Assembly: GCA_048937405.1 (NCBI GenBank)
Contig: JBHLNF010000007.1
Location: 121,336-185,335 of the forward strand
DNA: 64,000 nt
Source: Promethearchaeota archaeon
Lineage (GTDB): Archaea > Asgardarchaeota > Lokiarchaeia > Sigyniarchaeales > SOKP01
Direction: 5' to 3'
The notes below the pieces were generated by a model. It ran no database searches. It was not told where the DNA came from and saw only the letters and a program-made list of their open reading frames with translations. A program made the position numbers and the translations under genes. Below, piece by piece: positions 40,057 through 51,039 of this stretch (its first letter is position 1; each line of letters begins with the position of its first letter).

Positions 40057-41580
40057 ATGGCAATTAAAGTTGGAACAGTATTTAATTACTTACAATTACC
40101 AAATGTATCTAAATTTGCATTAGTTATAAATAAAAGACAAGATGGTACGCTTATACAAAAAGGATTATTTGTCTACACAAACTCGAGTGAAGGATTTTTA
40201 ATAGGAGTTATTGAAGAGATTGTTTTATTAAACGAGTATTTTGCCGATGCTCTTACAATTAAAGCATTTAATAATAACAATAATCCTAATATCCTTAAAG
40301 GTCTTTTTCCAAGTGATGATTTTGAATTTGCTATTGCTATAGTAAAATGCCTAGGACTGATATTATTTAAGGATAAAGAAAGGAAAAATATTGAAAGAGT
40401 TCAACGAATGAGTTATCCTGCAAGTCCAGGAAAAGAAGTATATATGGTAGAGGAAGATATTCTTAATAAATTCTTAGGATTCGACATTAAAACTGGTTTA
40501 AATTTAGGACGAGTCAAGGTAACAAATTCTGAAGCACTAATTAATATGAATAGATTGCTAAATAAACATTTTGCTATTCTATCAATCTCAGGAGGAGGGA
40601 AGAGTTACCTTACATCAGTACTTATTGAAGAGTTATTGATGAGAAATAATGATTTTGGAACACCCTCTATAATTTTATTTGATGTACACGGAGAGTATTT
40701 GTATTTAAAAGATATTCCTGAGCTTAAAGATAGAGTGAAAGTTCAAGATATCTCATACTTTCAAATAGGAGTACCCAAATTATCCGCTTATTCATTTAAA
40801 AAATATCAAGAACAAATTTCATCGGTTCAATTAAGAGAACTTTCTAAATACATAAAAAAGTTGAGGAAAGATAAACTAAAAAAAAATCAATATAACTTAA
40901 AAGATATTATTGAGATAATCGAAGATGAGGCTGATGGAAATAAGAGTACAAAACAAGCTTTAATAGGTTGGCTCTCAGAATTGGAACGATTGACTCTTTT
41001 TGGTTCTCAGGAGAACCCTACATTAGATAGAATAGTGAATAGTCAAGAAATTACTATTTTCAACTTTCAGAAAGAAGTTAGTATTAGAAAAAAACAAATT
41101 ATTGTTGATTATATTTGTAATCGACTCTTTGATCTTCGAAGAAAAGATTCTATACCCCCATTTCTACTTGTTGTTGAAGAGGCCCATCAATTTTCCCCAG
41201 AAGCTGCCCATTCTAAAGCTATCTCGAAATCCATTATCGAAATGCTTGCTCGAGAGGGAAGGAAATTTATGGCATGTTTATGTTTAATTAGTCAACGACC
41301 AAAAAAATTAAGCACTACTGCATTATCTCAATGCAATTCTAAACTAATTTTAAGCATCAAAAATCCATATGATTTAAAGCATCTGATGGATAGTTCAGAA
41401 GCAATAACTAAGGAATATGCAAGTATGATCTCTAGTTTAGGAGTTGGAGAAATGTTGTTGATGGGAAATGCTGTCAATTACCCTGTATTCATTGATGTAA
41501 GAAAAAGAAAATATAAATCTAAGACAGAAGAAATATCTTTATCTCAAATCTGTTTAAACTGGCAAAAAAAAGAATTATAA
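40057..41580 (+). CDS. herA: HerA-family helicase/ATPase
   Basis: N-terminal HAS barrel, HFAILSISGGGKS, DVHGEY, EEAHQF, REGRKF, SQRP. Confidence 0.9.
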   Translation: MAIKVGTVFNYLQLPNVSKFALVINKRQDGTLIQKGLFVYTNSSEGFLIGVIEEIVLLNEYFADALTIKAFNNNNNPNILKGLFPSDDFEFAIAIVKCLGLILFKDKERKNIERVQRMSYPASPGKEVYMVEEDILNKFLGFDIKTGLNLGRVKVTNSEALINMNRLLNKHFAILSISGGGKSYLTSVLIEELLMRNNDFGTPSIILFDVHGEYLYLKDIPELKDRVKVQDISYFQIGVPKLSAYSFKKYQEQISSVQLRELSKYIKKLRKDKLKKNQYNLKDIIEIIEDEADGNKSTKQALIGWLSELERLTLFGSQENPTLDRIVNSQEITIFNFQKEVSIRKKQIIVDYICNRLFDLRRKDSIPPFLLVVEEAHQFSPEAAHSKAISKSIIEMLAREGRKFMACLCLISQRPKKLSTTALSQCNSKLILSIKNPYDLKHLMDSSEAITKEYASMISSLGVGEMLLMGNAVNYPVFIDVRKRKYKSKTEEISLSQICLNWQKKEL

Positions 41581-41856
41581 TAGATCTGTTGCTAAGCCTT
41601 CTCTTAGTGCATGATTATTTTTATTGAGAACAATCATGTTCTTATTTTTTGAAACACGAAATACATTAATTATTGACATACTCTCTAGTTTCATAAACAA
41701 TTCTTCTAATATTAATGAATTTATGAAAGGAAATTCTTTTTTAAGAAGTTCTTCTAACCTTTTATCCAAAATTTCTCCTTTATTTTTTATCAAAAGATCA
41801 ATAATAGAATTTAAAACTGGTTTTTGATTCCAACGATTAGATTCGATTTTGTTCAC
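41575..41856 (-). CDS. Small winged-helix protein downstream of cdc48
   Basis: 93-aa ORF, LFMKLESMSIINV wHTH-like pattern. Confidence 0.6.
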   Translation of the reverse strand: MNKIESNRWNQKPVLNSIIDLLIKNKGEILDKRLEELLKKEFPFINSLILEELFMKLESMSIINVFRVSKNKNMIVLNKNNHALREGLATDLL

Positions 41857-41924
41857 CTAATAAGAAACTTAAAAAATAGAATATAAGATGATTTATGTTT
41901 GTTATCTAATTAATTTTTGCTATT

Positions 41925-44177
41925 TTACACAAATAATCTATCTTCTTTTGATTCCTCTATTCTTCGACTTTTAAGTTTTTCACCAAATTCTTCATACCAT
42001 TTAATTACTTCTTTAGTCAAAGTTGGATTCATTTCTTTTCTTGCCTCTCTAAAATGTTCTAAAGATACAACTCTAGCCCTTATATTTTCTCTTAAAGCAA
42101 TCATAGCAGCCTCACGACACCATGTTTCAATATCTGCACCAGAAAAACCTTCTATTGTACTATTTAAATCTTCTAAGGTAATATTGCTTGCTAAAGGCAT
42201 TTCTTTTGTAAATATTTTTAAAATTTCAAGTCTTCCTTTTTCTTCGGGTGCCGGAACTAATAATATCCGATCAATTCTTCCGGGTCTTATCAGTGCGGGA
42301 TCTAAGATATCAGGACGGTTTGTAGCCGCTATTACTACAATATCTTTCATTACTTCTAAACCATCTAATTCTGTTAAAAATTGAGATAAAACTTTTTCTG
42401 TTACACCAGAATCAGATGTATGTCGACCTCTGCTTGGTGCAATTGAGTCAAACTCATCAAAAAAGATAATACAAGGAGATGCCATTTTAGCCTTGCGGAA
42501 TACTTCTCTTATTGCTTTTTCTGATTCTCCTACCCATTTTGATAAGAGTTCTGGACCTTTTATTGAGATAAAATTTGCTTTACTTTCAGTTGCAACAGCT
42601 CTGGCTAATAGAGTTTTTCCACATCCAGGAGGTCCATATAGGAGTATTCCTTTTGGAGGTGTAATTCCCATCCGGTTAAAAATATTTGGATGAGATAATG
42701 GCCACTCAACTGCTTCAATTAACTTTTGTTTTAATTCATCAAGACCCCCAACTTGGTCCCACGTAACATTCGGAACTTCCACAAATACTTCTCTTATTCC
42801 AGAAGGTAATACTTCTTTTAAGGCTTCTTCAAAATCATCTTTAGTTACTTCAATTTGTTCTAATAATTCTGGGTCAATGATTTCCGATTCTAAGTCAATT
42901 TTTGGCAAATATCGTCGTAGAGCGGACATTGCAGCTTCACGACAAACGGCAGAAATATCTGCTCCTACAAATCCGTGAGTTATTTGGGAAAATTCTTTTA
43001 ATGAAATTTTCTTATCAAGTGGCATATTTCGAGTATGAATCTGAAATATCTCTCTTCTGCCTTTTTCATTTGGTACTTTTATTTCAATTTCACGGTCAAA
43101 TCTTCCAGGGCGTCTTAGAGCAGAATCTAGACTATTTGGTCTATTAGTTGCACCAATCACTATTACTTTACCTCTACCATGTAATCCATCCATTAAGGCT
43201 AATAACTGAGCGACTACTCTACGTTCTACTTCTCCAGTTACAGTTTCTCTTTTTGGAGCAATCGCATCAATTTCATCAATAAAAATAATTGCAGGACTTT
43301 TTTCTTCTGCTTCAATGAAAATTTTTCTTAATTTTTTTTCTGATTCTCCGTAAAACTTACTCATGATTTCTGGACCGTTTATTGAGATGAAATGTGCTTC
43401 ACTTTCATTAGCTACAGCTTTGGCCAATAATGTTTTTCCACATCCAGGTGGACCTCTTAACAGAACTCCTTTTGGAGGATCGATTCCCAAACGTTTAAAT
43501 AGAGATGGATGTCTTAGAGGTAATTCTACCATTTCCCTTACTCTTTGAATCTCTTTATCTAAACCACCAACATCTTCATATGAAATGTATTTTATCCCTG
43601 TATCTGCTTCTTCGGTAATTCTATCACTAATATTAAGTATTGTTTCTTGTTTTATGATACAAATCCCACTGGGTCTCATATTTATTACTTTAAATGTTAT
43701 TTCTCGGCTAATACCAATTGATATGAAGATATAATCATCGAGAGTTATTGGATAATTATTTAATTTCCTTTTTACAAAACTTTCAAACCTAGGATTATTT
43801 TTAATAGGAAAATTAGATGGTGCAAGTACAACATTCTGGGCGACCTCAGTATTTACTTTTTTAATTTCAATAGTATCATCGATTCTAGTTCCCGTATTTT
43901 TTTGTAATCTAGAATCTACACGAACAATCCCCAAACCATTATCTTGGGGATAACTGGGCCATGCAATCCCTGCACTTTCTTTTTTGCCATTAACAGCAAT
44001 TACATCACCTGTCTGAATTTTAAGTTTTTCCATAGTACTAGGATCTATTCTAATAATATTACGTCCAATATCTCTTTTTTTTGCTTTTTGAACTCGAAGA
44101 GTAACACTAGGATTATCAGCATCCCCTTCTTTCTCATTATTACCTTTCGATGACATGATAAATTGACATCCATTCAA
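41925..44177 (-). CDS. cdc48: CDC48/VCP-family AAA+ ATPase
   Basis: N domain plus two AAA modules (GPPGCGKT twice, RPGRFDREI, RPGRIDR). Confidence 0.97.
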   Translation of the reverse strand: MNGCQFIMSSKGNNEKEGDADNPSVTLRVQKAKKRDIGRNIIRIDPSTMEKLKIQTGDVIAVNGKKESAGIAWPSYPQDNGLGIVRVDSRLQKNTGTRIDDTIEIKKVNTEVAQNVVLAPSNFPIKNNPRFESFVKRKLNNYPITLDDYIFISIGISREITFKVINMRPSGICIIKQETILNISDRITEEADTGIKYISYEDVGGLDKEIQRVREMVELPLRHPSLFKRLGIDPPKGVLLRGPPGCGKTLLAKAVANESEAHFISINGPEIMSKFYGESEKKLRKIFIEAEEKSPAIIFIDEIDAIAPKRETVTGEVERRVVAQLLALMDGLHGRGKVIVIGATNRPNSLDSALRRPGRFDREIEIKVPNEKGRREIFQIHTRNMPLDKKISLKEFSQITHGFVGADISAVCREAAMSALRRYLPKIDLESEIIDPELLEQIEVTKDDFEEALKEVLPSGIREVFVEVPNVTWDQVGGLDELKQKLIEAVEWPLSHPNIFNRMGITPPKGILLYGPPGCGKTLLARAVATESKANFISIKGPELLSKWVGESEKAIREVFRKAKMASPCIIFFDEFDSIAPSRGRHTSDSGVTEKVLSQFLTELDGLEVMKDIVVIAATNRPDILDPALIRPGRIDRILLVPAPEEKGRLEILKIFTKEMPLASNITLEDLNSTIEGFSGADIETWCREAAMIALRENIRARVVSLEHFREARKEMNPTLTKEVIKWYEEFGEKLKSRRIEESKEDRLFV

Positions 44178-44244
44178 ATTTAATATTTTAATATAAAGAA
44201 ATCTTAATTTTGTAAAAATTTTTGCTTTTTTTTTATAAATATAA

Positions 44245-45294
44245 TTATCTCATAAAATCATCTAAGGAAACTTGAACTTTCACATTATTTATTTTTTTAA
44301 GTCTTTCTAAAGCATTATTGACTCTTTGTTTTGAAAAATTATGTTCTTCAATTAATAATTCTTCTAATTTTTCAAAATCGGTTTTCTTTGATTTTGGAAT
44401 CTTGTAATCTTTTTTTACATTTGGATCAATAAATATATTTCTAATTTGAGTTATGGTTTCTGAATTTATAGAAATCTCCTTTCCCCCAACTTTTATATTA
44501 CTTTCTAAAACTTTTTCTATGGAACCGTATTTTTTAATCAAATCTAATGCTGTCTTTTGACCAATACCTTTGACACCTGGAAAAAAATCAGTACCAATTA
44601 GTATTCCCATATCAATTAGTTGCTCCCGAGAAATTTTAAAATTATCCAAAAATTTGGATAAAGAAACATATTCTATATCTAAAGTAACTGTGGTGTCCCT
44701 TACCTTCTTACTTCGACTCACAGCAAAATTTCGAATTAGCCTTTCTCCTCCAAATAACAATGTATCATAATCCTGAGAAGCACATGCCCATGCATCACCA
44801 ACTTCTACTAAGTATGCTGATTGAGCTTCACCTTCAGAACTCGCTTGAATGATTGGAATACCCATATACTCAAGTAATTTTTTGCTTTCCTCTATCATCC
44901 CAGAATCAAGTTTAGAAGTTAATTGAGCGTATTTTTTTGCTTCCTTGAAATCTTCAGCGTCTTGAGCCCTAATCATTTTCTGTCTAGCTTCTTCTTTAAT
45001 TTTTTTCCTCTCTTTTATAGTTTCTAATTTGAATTCAGAGGAAATTCCATCAAAAACATAAATAGGTCTAATGCTACTCTCTAAAAAATTGATTGTTCTG
45101 TAAAAAAGTCCAGAAAGATGTGATGTTACATTTCCCTGATAATCCTTTAAAGGTGTTCCATCTCTTTGCCTTATTATTGCTAAAAATTGATAAATGGTAT
45201 TGAATGCATCGATTGCGATGTTTTTTTGAAAAAGATTTTCAAAAGTAATAGTTCTTTTAACTTCTTTTACCAATTCATTTATCTTTACGCCCAT
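44245..45294 (-). CDS. fen: Flap endonuclease 1
   Basis: MGV start, AIDAFNTIYQFL, TSHLSGLFYR, EGEAQ, SQDYD, GTDF, C-terminal PIP box QVSLDDF. Confidence 0.97.
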   Translation of the reverse strand: MGVKINELVKEVKRTITFENLFQKNIAIDAFNTIYQFLAIIRQRDGTPLKDYQGNVTSHLSGLFYRTINFLESSIRPIYVFDGISSEFKLETIKERKKIKEEARQKMIRAQDAEDFKEAKKYAQLTSKLDSGMIEESKKLLEYMGIPIIQASSEGEAQSAYLVEVGDAWACASQDYDTLLFGGERLIRNFAVSRSKKVRDTTVTLDIEYVSLSKFLDNFKISREQLIDMGILIGTDFFPGVKGIGQKTALDLIKKYGSIEKVLESNIKVGGKEISINSETITQIRNIFIDPNVKKDYKIPKSKKTDFEKLEELLIEEHNFSKQRVNNALERLKKINNVKVQVSLDDFMR

Positions 45295-45372
45295 ATCTGT
45301 TATTTTCCCATTTTCCGTTTCTTCGATAATTATTTCTTATACAACTTATAAAATTTCCACTAATATATTTTT

Positions 45373-45909
45373 CTATTTTTTTGGTCTTCTTCTTAATATT
45401 GATCCACATATTTCACATAATCGATTTAAATCTTCAGCATCATGAATAGTCTGACATTGAGGACAATAAACTTGCCAGCTTATCTTATAATCAATCCCTT
45501 CTTTATATAATGGTAAAAAAGGAATCATTAACTCAGAACATACATTTTCAATAGAATAGTCATTAGAGAACATTATAACTTGTGTATTTATTTTTTCAGT
45601 TAATTCTAATGTCAATGCAATCAAATCTTTATCAGCATTTGATAAAGCATTGAAATCTCCCGTCTTCTTTGATACGGTTTTTATTATTTCAATATATTTG
45701 ATTTCAGGAAGCTTAACTTTTAGTTTTTTAGTATCAATCGCAACTTTAATTTTATTTACTATATTTCTATTTTTTTCTTTGTATCTACGATTTTCTACTT
45801 CCTCAATTATTGAAGGTGTGGTATAAATAATTCCTTTAATTAAATTAAAATCTATTCCAGTTAGAAAAATATTTGCATCAAAAATATAAATTGCATCTTT
45901 TTCTTTCAT
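45373..45909 (-). CDS. nob1: Nob1-like PIN endonuclease with zinc ribbon
   Basis: FDANIF, TGD...LSNAD, NDYSIEN, CPQC...CEIC. Confidence 0.9.
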   Translation of the reverse strand: MKEKDAIYIFDANIFLTGIDFNLIKGIIYTTPSIIEEVENRRYKEKNRNIVNKIKVAIDTKKLKVKLPEIKYIEIIKTVSKKTGDFNALSNADKDLIALTLELTEKINTQVIMFSNDYSIENVCSELMIPFLPLYKEGIDYKISWQVYCPQCQTIHDAEDLNRLCEICGSILRRRPKK

Positions 45910-45967
45910 ATCTCTATTATTCAGGATGTAATATTTGAAATAATTTTAAAAAATATCTTTTATCATA

Positions 45968-46867
45968 TTACATTTCAGGAGAATCATCAATAGGAACTCT
46001 TCTTATGGTTCCTATAATTTTCTTTCGTAATCGAGTGTAATAGCTTCCTTCAAAGCGAATAAATTTGACTTGAGAATTTGCTTTACGAATTCTAATTTTT
46101 GTATAAGGAGCAATTCCCTTAATAATTTGTTGTCCATCTATCACAATTTTTGCATCTAATCTTGGTCTTAATAGTCGAATCTCGATTTCAGAGTTAAAAG
46201 GTACTATTATTGGTTTTAACCCTGAACCAGCAAAACTATTTAGAGGAGTAATTTGTATAGATTCCATACTAGGATTTATAATCGCTCCACCAGCACTTAA
46301 ATTATATGCGGTAGATCCTGTAGGAGTTGAAATAATTATTCCGTCTAAATAACTGCGATTCAGAAAGACTCCATCGATTCTAATAGATATTTGTAGAACT
46401 TTCGAGCTTTTAGAGGATACTATTAACACTTCGTTCAAAGCATTACTTAATTTAATCTCACCGGAGTTTTTCACAATATAAGGAGTTATTTTAGAACATA
46501 TTTCCATTGAATATTCACCTTTTAATATCTTGGATAAATCTTTAAAAATCATTCCACCACTAGATTCATCCAAAAAACCAATAGAACCAACATTTACACC
46601 TAGAATCGGTGGAGGATCCTCTTGAGATAATCCACCTGCCACTCTTAAAATTGAACCATCTCCTCCAACAATTATTATGAACTTTATGCTCTCTGAGGTC
46701 ATTTCCCCTAAATCCATCCCATTATGAGGTAAAATCTTTGGGGCAAGTCTGGTTTCAAGATATACTACTTCTCCTTTTTGAACTAGGAATTCAAAAATCC
46801 TCCTTGTTAATTTAACAGCTCTTTCTGAATCTAACCTGCAAGCTAAGGCAATCGGTTTTTTCTCCAT
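45968..46867 (-). CDS. nadK: NAD kinase
   Basis: GGDGS, NE motif, DGIIISTPTGSTAYNLSAGG. Confidence 0.95.
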   Translation of the reverse strand: MEKKPIALACRLDSERAVKLTRRIFEFLVQKGEVVYLETRLAPKILPHNGMDLGEMTSESIKFIIIVGGDGSILRVAGGLSQEDPPPILGVNVGSIGFLDESSGGMIFKDLSKILKGEYSMEICSKITPYIVKNSGEIKLSNALNEVLIVSSKSSKVLQISIRIDGVFLNRSYLDGIIISTPTGSTAYNLSAGGAIINPSMESIQITPLNSFAGSGLKPIIVPFNSEIEIRLLRPRLDAKIVIDGQQIIKGIAPYTKIRIRKANSQVKFIRFEGSYYTRLRKKIIGTIRRVPIDDSPEM

Positions 46868-46943
46868 AACCCTCTAATTTTCTATTTAAATGTTTTAAAA
46901 AAATATTGGATAATTTATTTAATACTCAATTTAAAAAAATAAT

Positions 46944-47372
46944 TTAATTACTGAAAACTCTATTTATAAGGGTTTTTCCAGCTAGTTGCCAATATTCTAC
47001 TTGAGTAGTTGAGATTTTATTTGGATCTGCTTGAAGGTCCTTTAATTTATTCTTTAAATCATCATCTTGAGGCCAATCAACATCAAATGATTCATATGTC
47101 TCTAAATCCATAATATTTATTGATGCATCCTCAATGAAATTAATTTGCCCCGTACTTTTGATGATTTCAGGAATATCAACAACATGACCAGAGGGAATAG
47201 TTAGACTCCTCTTGTTATTATCAAACATTCCAACACATACAACTCTTACTTTAGCATGACCATGTTTCCCACTCTTTGAGCGTTCAGTACTCTTTATAAT
47301 GCATGGTTCTTCATCAACCATAATATATTGCCCTGATTTTAATTTTTGTATCTCTGTTCTTCTAATAGACAA
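46944..47372 (-). CDS. eif5a: Translation factor aIF5A (TTG start)
   Basis: SKSGKHGHAK hypusine motif. Confidence 0.96.
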   Translation of the reverse strand: MSIRRTEIQKLKSGQYIMVDEEPCIIKSTERSKSGKHGHAKVRVVCVGMFDNNKRSLTIPSGHVVDIPEIIKSTGQINFIEDASINIMDLETYESFDVDWPQDDDLKNKLKDLQADPNKISTTQVEYWQLAGKTLINRVFSN

Positions 47373-47523
47373 GTTCTAATACACCTTAATTTGTATTTTT
47401 TCATCCAAAATTTTTTAATTTTGACACTTCTTTTAATTTATATTATATTATATTTATTCAAAAAAAAATATTATTTTTTAAATATTCATTCAAATACGTT
47501 AAAAAAATATAAACTGGGAAGTA

Positions 47524-48897
47524 ATGGTTTTAGAGAAATTAGGTAGATCATTAGATACAGCGATAAGAAAGATAAGACGGCTTCCTTCAGTAGATAAATC
47601 TGCAATTGATGGACTTATTCAAGAATTACAACGTGCACTTTTATCTAGCGATGTACGCGTTGAACTTGTTTTTGAGATGACTGAAAATATCAGAAAGGAA
47701 GCTATGAATACCAAACTCCAGAAGGCAAGACGCAGAGATTTTGTCATCAAATTAGTTCATGATGAGCTTATTAAACTAATAGGTGGTAAACCTGCTCCTA
47801 TAAGAATAAAACCAGGAAAAAAAAATATAATTTTACTTGTTGGTATTCAAGGTTCTGGAAAAACAACTACAATAGCCAAGTTAGCAAGATATTATAAAAG
47901 CAAAGGATATAAAGTGGGGGCATTAACCACTGATACCTGGCGACCTGGAGCCTATGAACAATTACAGCAATTATCAGAGCAAGTAGGAATAAAATGTTAT
48001 GGTAATCCTAATGAGAAAAATGCGATTAAAATTGCAATTCAAGAAACTAAAAAGGCTATAAATGATGGAAATGATATCATCATTACTGACACTGCTGGTA
48101 GACACAAAGAAGAAAAGGAATTAATGAAAGAAATGGCTATTCTTGAGCAAAAATTAAAACCGAATGAAATCATTTTAGTGATTGACGGTACACTAGGGCA
48201 ACAGGCATATAACCAAGCAGATGCGTTTGCTAAAACTACTAATTTGGGATCTATTATTGTTACCAAGTTAGATGGAACTGCTAAAGGAGGTGGAGCATTG
48301 TCAGCATGCTCTGCTGCGAATGTTGGTATACGATTTATTGGTATTGGGGAAAAAATAGATGATTTTGAAGAGTTTGAAGCTTCAAAATTCGTAGGAACTT
48401 TGCTTGGAATTCCGGATATTGAATCATTGGTTCAAAAAGTACAAGAAGCTGAGGTTGACGTTGAACCGGAGATGGTTAAAAGGATGATGCATGGTAAATT
48501 TACTTTAGACGATCTCTATCTTCAACTGAAGAGTATAAAAAAAGTAGGAAAATTTAAACAAATATTGGCTATGATGGGTGGTGGAAACATTCCAGACGCT
48601 CTAAAAGAGGATGCAGAAGCAAACCTAGCTAAATGGGAAGTAGTATTAAGTTCTATGACTCAAGAAGAGAAGAATGAACCAAAAATTATAAAAAAAACCA
48701 GAAAAAGAAGAATAGCAATTGGTTCGGGTGTAGAATATTCAGTTATAAATAAAATGCTCGACCAATATTCACAAATGAAGCGGTTTATGAAAAGATTTCT
48801 TCAAATGCAAAAAAAGGGAAAAGGTATGCCTGGAATGCCTGGATTTCCAGGTGGAAAAGCTGCAGCAGATTTTATGAAAAAATTAGGTAAATTTTAG
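47524..48897 (+). CDS. srp54: Signal recognition particle 54 kDa protein
   Basis: GIQGSGKTT, DTAGRH, TKLDGTAKGGG, Met-rich M domain. Confidence 0.98.
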   Translation: MVLEKLGRSLDTAIRKIRRLPSVDKSAIDGLIQELQRALLSSDVRVELVFEMTENIRKEAMNTKLQKARRRDFVIKLVHDELIKLIGGKPAPIRIKPGKKNIILLVGIQGSGKTTTIAKLARYYKSKGYKVGALTTDTWRPGAYEQLQQLSEQVGIKCYGNPNEKNAIKIAIQETKKAINDGNDIIITDTAGRHKEEKELMKEMAILEQKLKPNEIILVIDGTLGQQAYNQADAFAKTTNLGSIIVTKLDGTAKGGGALSACSAANVGIRFIGIGEKIDDFEEFEASKFVGTLLGIPDIESLVQKVQEAEVDVEPEMVKRMMHGKFTLDDLYLQLKSIKKVGKFKQILAMMGGGNIPDALKEDAEANLAKWEVVLSSMTQEEKNEPKIIKKTRKRRIAIGSGVEYSVINKMLDQYSQMKRFMKRFLQMQKKGKGMPGMPGFPGGKAAADFMKKLGKF

Positions 48898-48921
48898 ATT
48901 AATATCAATTTAATAGTTTAT

Positions 48922-49623
48922 TTGATTATTTTGGTTAACTTCGTATTATTACAAGAAGATATTCCTAGTTACAATAAGCAAATCATAGATAAAGGAATTA
49001 CACCTCAAAATGTTTATAAAATATGCTCTTGTATTAGAGAGACTTTCTGTTTGTCTTATGCTATAAGAAAGAACAATGCATTTTATCTATATTTTCAAAG
49101 AGAATATGCTTTAGTAAAATTTGAAGGAGCTAGATTACGATTTTTAGGTCCTGATGAAAGATCTATAGCATTACTCTTAGAAAAGGCTTTAATTAAAGCA
49201 AAAAAAGATTACAATATTAAAAATCATAAGTGGTCGAAATCAACACCAGGAATTTTTATCAGAAAATTTGTTGACAATTTTTCATTTATAAATTTCTTTG
49301 AGTCGATAGCTCTGGGAAAGAGTTATTTAATAATAAAAAATACTCAAATTAAAGAGGATCTTGAAGATGATTTAAGTTTAAATAAAGAGATCATTGATTT
49401 TAAAGATAGCAATTTTTTTATCATTCCAACTTTTACCATAACGAAAGGAATTTCTGAATTAATTGAATTATTCAAAAAAACAAAAAATACAAAACTTTTA
49501 TCTTTTTCAAAAATTAAAGATGTGGAAGATGTAATTTTATACATTAATTTTAAAAAAGATCAACATAACAACTCTAAAAATAAAAGTAAGAATGATCCTA
49601 AAGAACATAAAAATTTATTCTGA
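48922..49623 (+). CDS. trmY: Divergent TrmY-like (tRNA pseudouridine-54 methyltransferase family) protein
   Basis: LRFLGPDERSIALLLEKAL and STPGI motifs, position after srp54; SPOUT C-terminus looks degenerate. Confidence 0.6.
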   Translation: MIILVNFVLLQEDIPSYNKQIIDKGITPQNVYKICSCIRETFCLSYAIRKNNAFYLYFQREYALVKFEGARLRFLGPDERSIALLLEKALIKAKKDYNIKNHKWSKSTPGIFIRKFVDNFSFINFFESIALGKSYLIIKNTQIKEDLEDDLSLNKEIIDFKDSNFFIIPTFTITKGISELIELFKKTKNTKLLSFSKIKDVEDVILYINFKKDQHNNSKNKSKNDPKEHKNLF

Positions 49624-50983
49624 TGGCTTTCTAAAAAAAGGAGTCTTGCTTCTTAATGATGGGATTATAAGTAAAATTAAGTATAATGCTCAGGAAAATG
49701 ATTTAAAAGAATTATATAAAATAAATCAAGATAAAAAAGAAGTAGACTGTCAAAATAAATTAATATTACCAGGAATAATTGATATTCATTCTCACTTGCG
49801 AGATATGGAACAGAGTGATAAAGAAACTTTTAAAACAGGAACTCAAGCTGCGGCCTTCTCAGGAATTACAACTGTTTTTAACATGCCAAATACAAATCCT
49901 CCAGCAATATCCGCTAAACAAGTAAGCGAGTGGATGAAAAAAGCTGAGAAAAATATTTATGTTAATGTAGCTTTTATATCGGGGATCCCAAAAGAATTTG
50001 ATTATGATGAAATTCTAAAAATTATTAAGTTAGGAGTAATAGGATTTAAAATATATCCTCTAAATTCTTTGAATGGGATAGACTGGACTGATTCATTAAA
50101 TATTCAAAAACTTCTAAATATTTCTTATAAATTTCAAATTCCAATATTCATCCATCCTGATTGGCCACTCTCTGAAGAAATTAAAAAAGATATTTATCAA
50201 GAATTCATGGACAATAGATACTCTTATTTAAAATACCATAATAAAATATTTCCAGTTCATATGGAAGCTAAATATGTAAATTTTATTTTAGAGAATTACT
50301 ATAAAATAATTGCTGACAATAATCTTTATCCTGAAAATTATCCAATTATTCATTTTTGCCATATAAGTTGTAAAGAAAGTTATTCTCTAATAAAAAAAGC
50401 TTTACAAATGAATTCTGAATTGAAAATTTCGTTTGAAATAACACCACACCACTTGCTATTATCAAATGAACTTAAATTAAATAATCCAAATATCGGTAAA
50501 GTCCTTCCTCCTCTACGAAATAAAGAAAGTTCTTCCTATTTATTTAATGAATTAAAGAAGGGGCAAGTGGATATCATAGCAACAGACCATGCTCCCCATA
50601 CTGAACGAGACAAAAAAAAAGAAATAGATGCACCCTCTGGATTTCCTGGGTTTGAAACATATCCGTTGGTCCTTCTTGATAAAATATTTAAGTACCAGCT
50701 CTCGTTTGAGAATTTCGTTAAAGCAGCAGCGGAAAATCCAGCCTCAATTTTTAAACTAAAAAATAAAGGATTTATTAAAGAAGGTTATGATGCTGATTTG
50801 TTTATCGTTGATAAAGTTCAAGATTACAAGATAAAACCTCAAATTTTTAAAACTAAAGCTAAATTTTCTCCTTTTGAAGAATTTTTAACATCGGTTAAAA
50901 TTTGGAAAGTATTTTCAAGAGGAATAGAAATTAACAATGATAATTCTGTTCCAAATGGAAAAATTATCAAAAGAATTCTGTAA
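49592..50983 (+). CDS. pyrC: Dihydroorotase
   Basis: PGIIDIHSHLR, MPNTNPP, EITPHHL, PPLR, ATDHAPH. Confidence 0.9.
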   Translation: MILKNIKIYSDGFLKKGVLLLNDGIISKIKYNAQENDLKELYKINQDKKEVDCQNKLILPGIIDIHSHLRDMEQSDKETFKTGTQAAAFSGITTVFNMPNTNPPAISAKQVSEWMKKAEKNIYVNVAFISGIPKEFDYDEILKIIKLGVIGFKIYPLNSLNGIDWTDSLNIQKLLNISYKFQIPIFIHPDWPLSEEIKKDIYQEFMDNRYSYLKYHNKIFPVHMEAKYVNFILENYYKIIADNNLYPENYPIIHFCHISCKESYSLIKKALQMNSELKISFEITPHHLLLSNELKLNNPNIGKVLPPLRNKESSSYLFNELKKGQVDIIATDHAPHTERDKKKEIDAPSGFPGFETYPLVLLDKIFKYQLSFENFVKAAAENPASIFKLKNKGFIKEGYDADLFIVDKVQDYKIKPQIFKTKAKFSPFEEFLTSVKIWKVFSRGIEINNDNSVPNGKIIKRIL

Positions 50984-51039
50984 AATATAAATGGTTGAAG
51001 GATATAATTATACATAAATTGTGATTTTGGGATTTTAAA

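Noticed and set aside
40057-41580. HerA as part of a SIR2-HerA defence system or a herA-nurA-mre11-rad50 operon
   Set aside because: No partner genes are adjacent, and the SIR2 gene is more than 20 kb away
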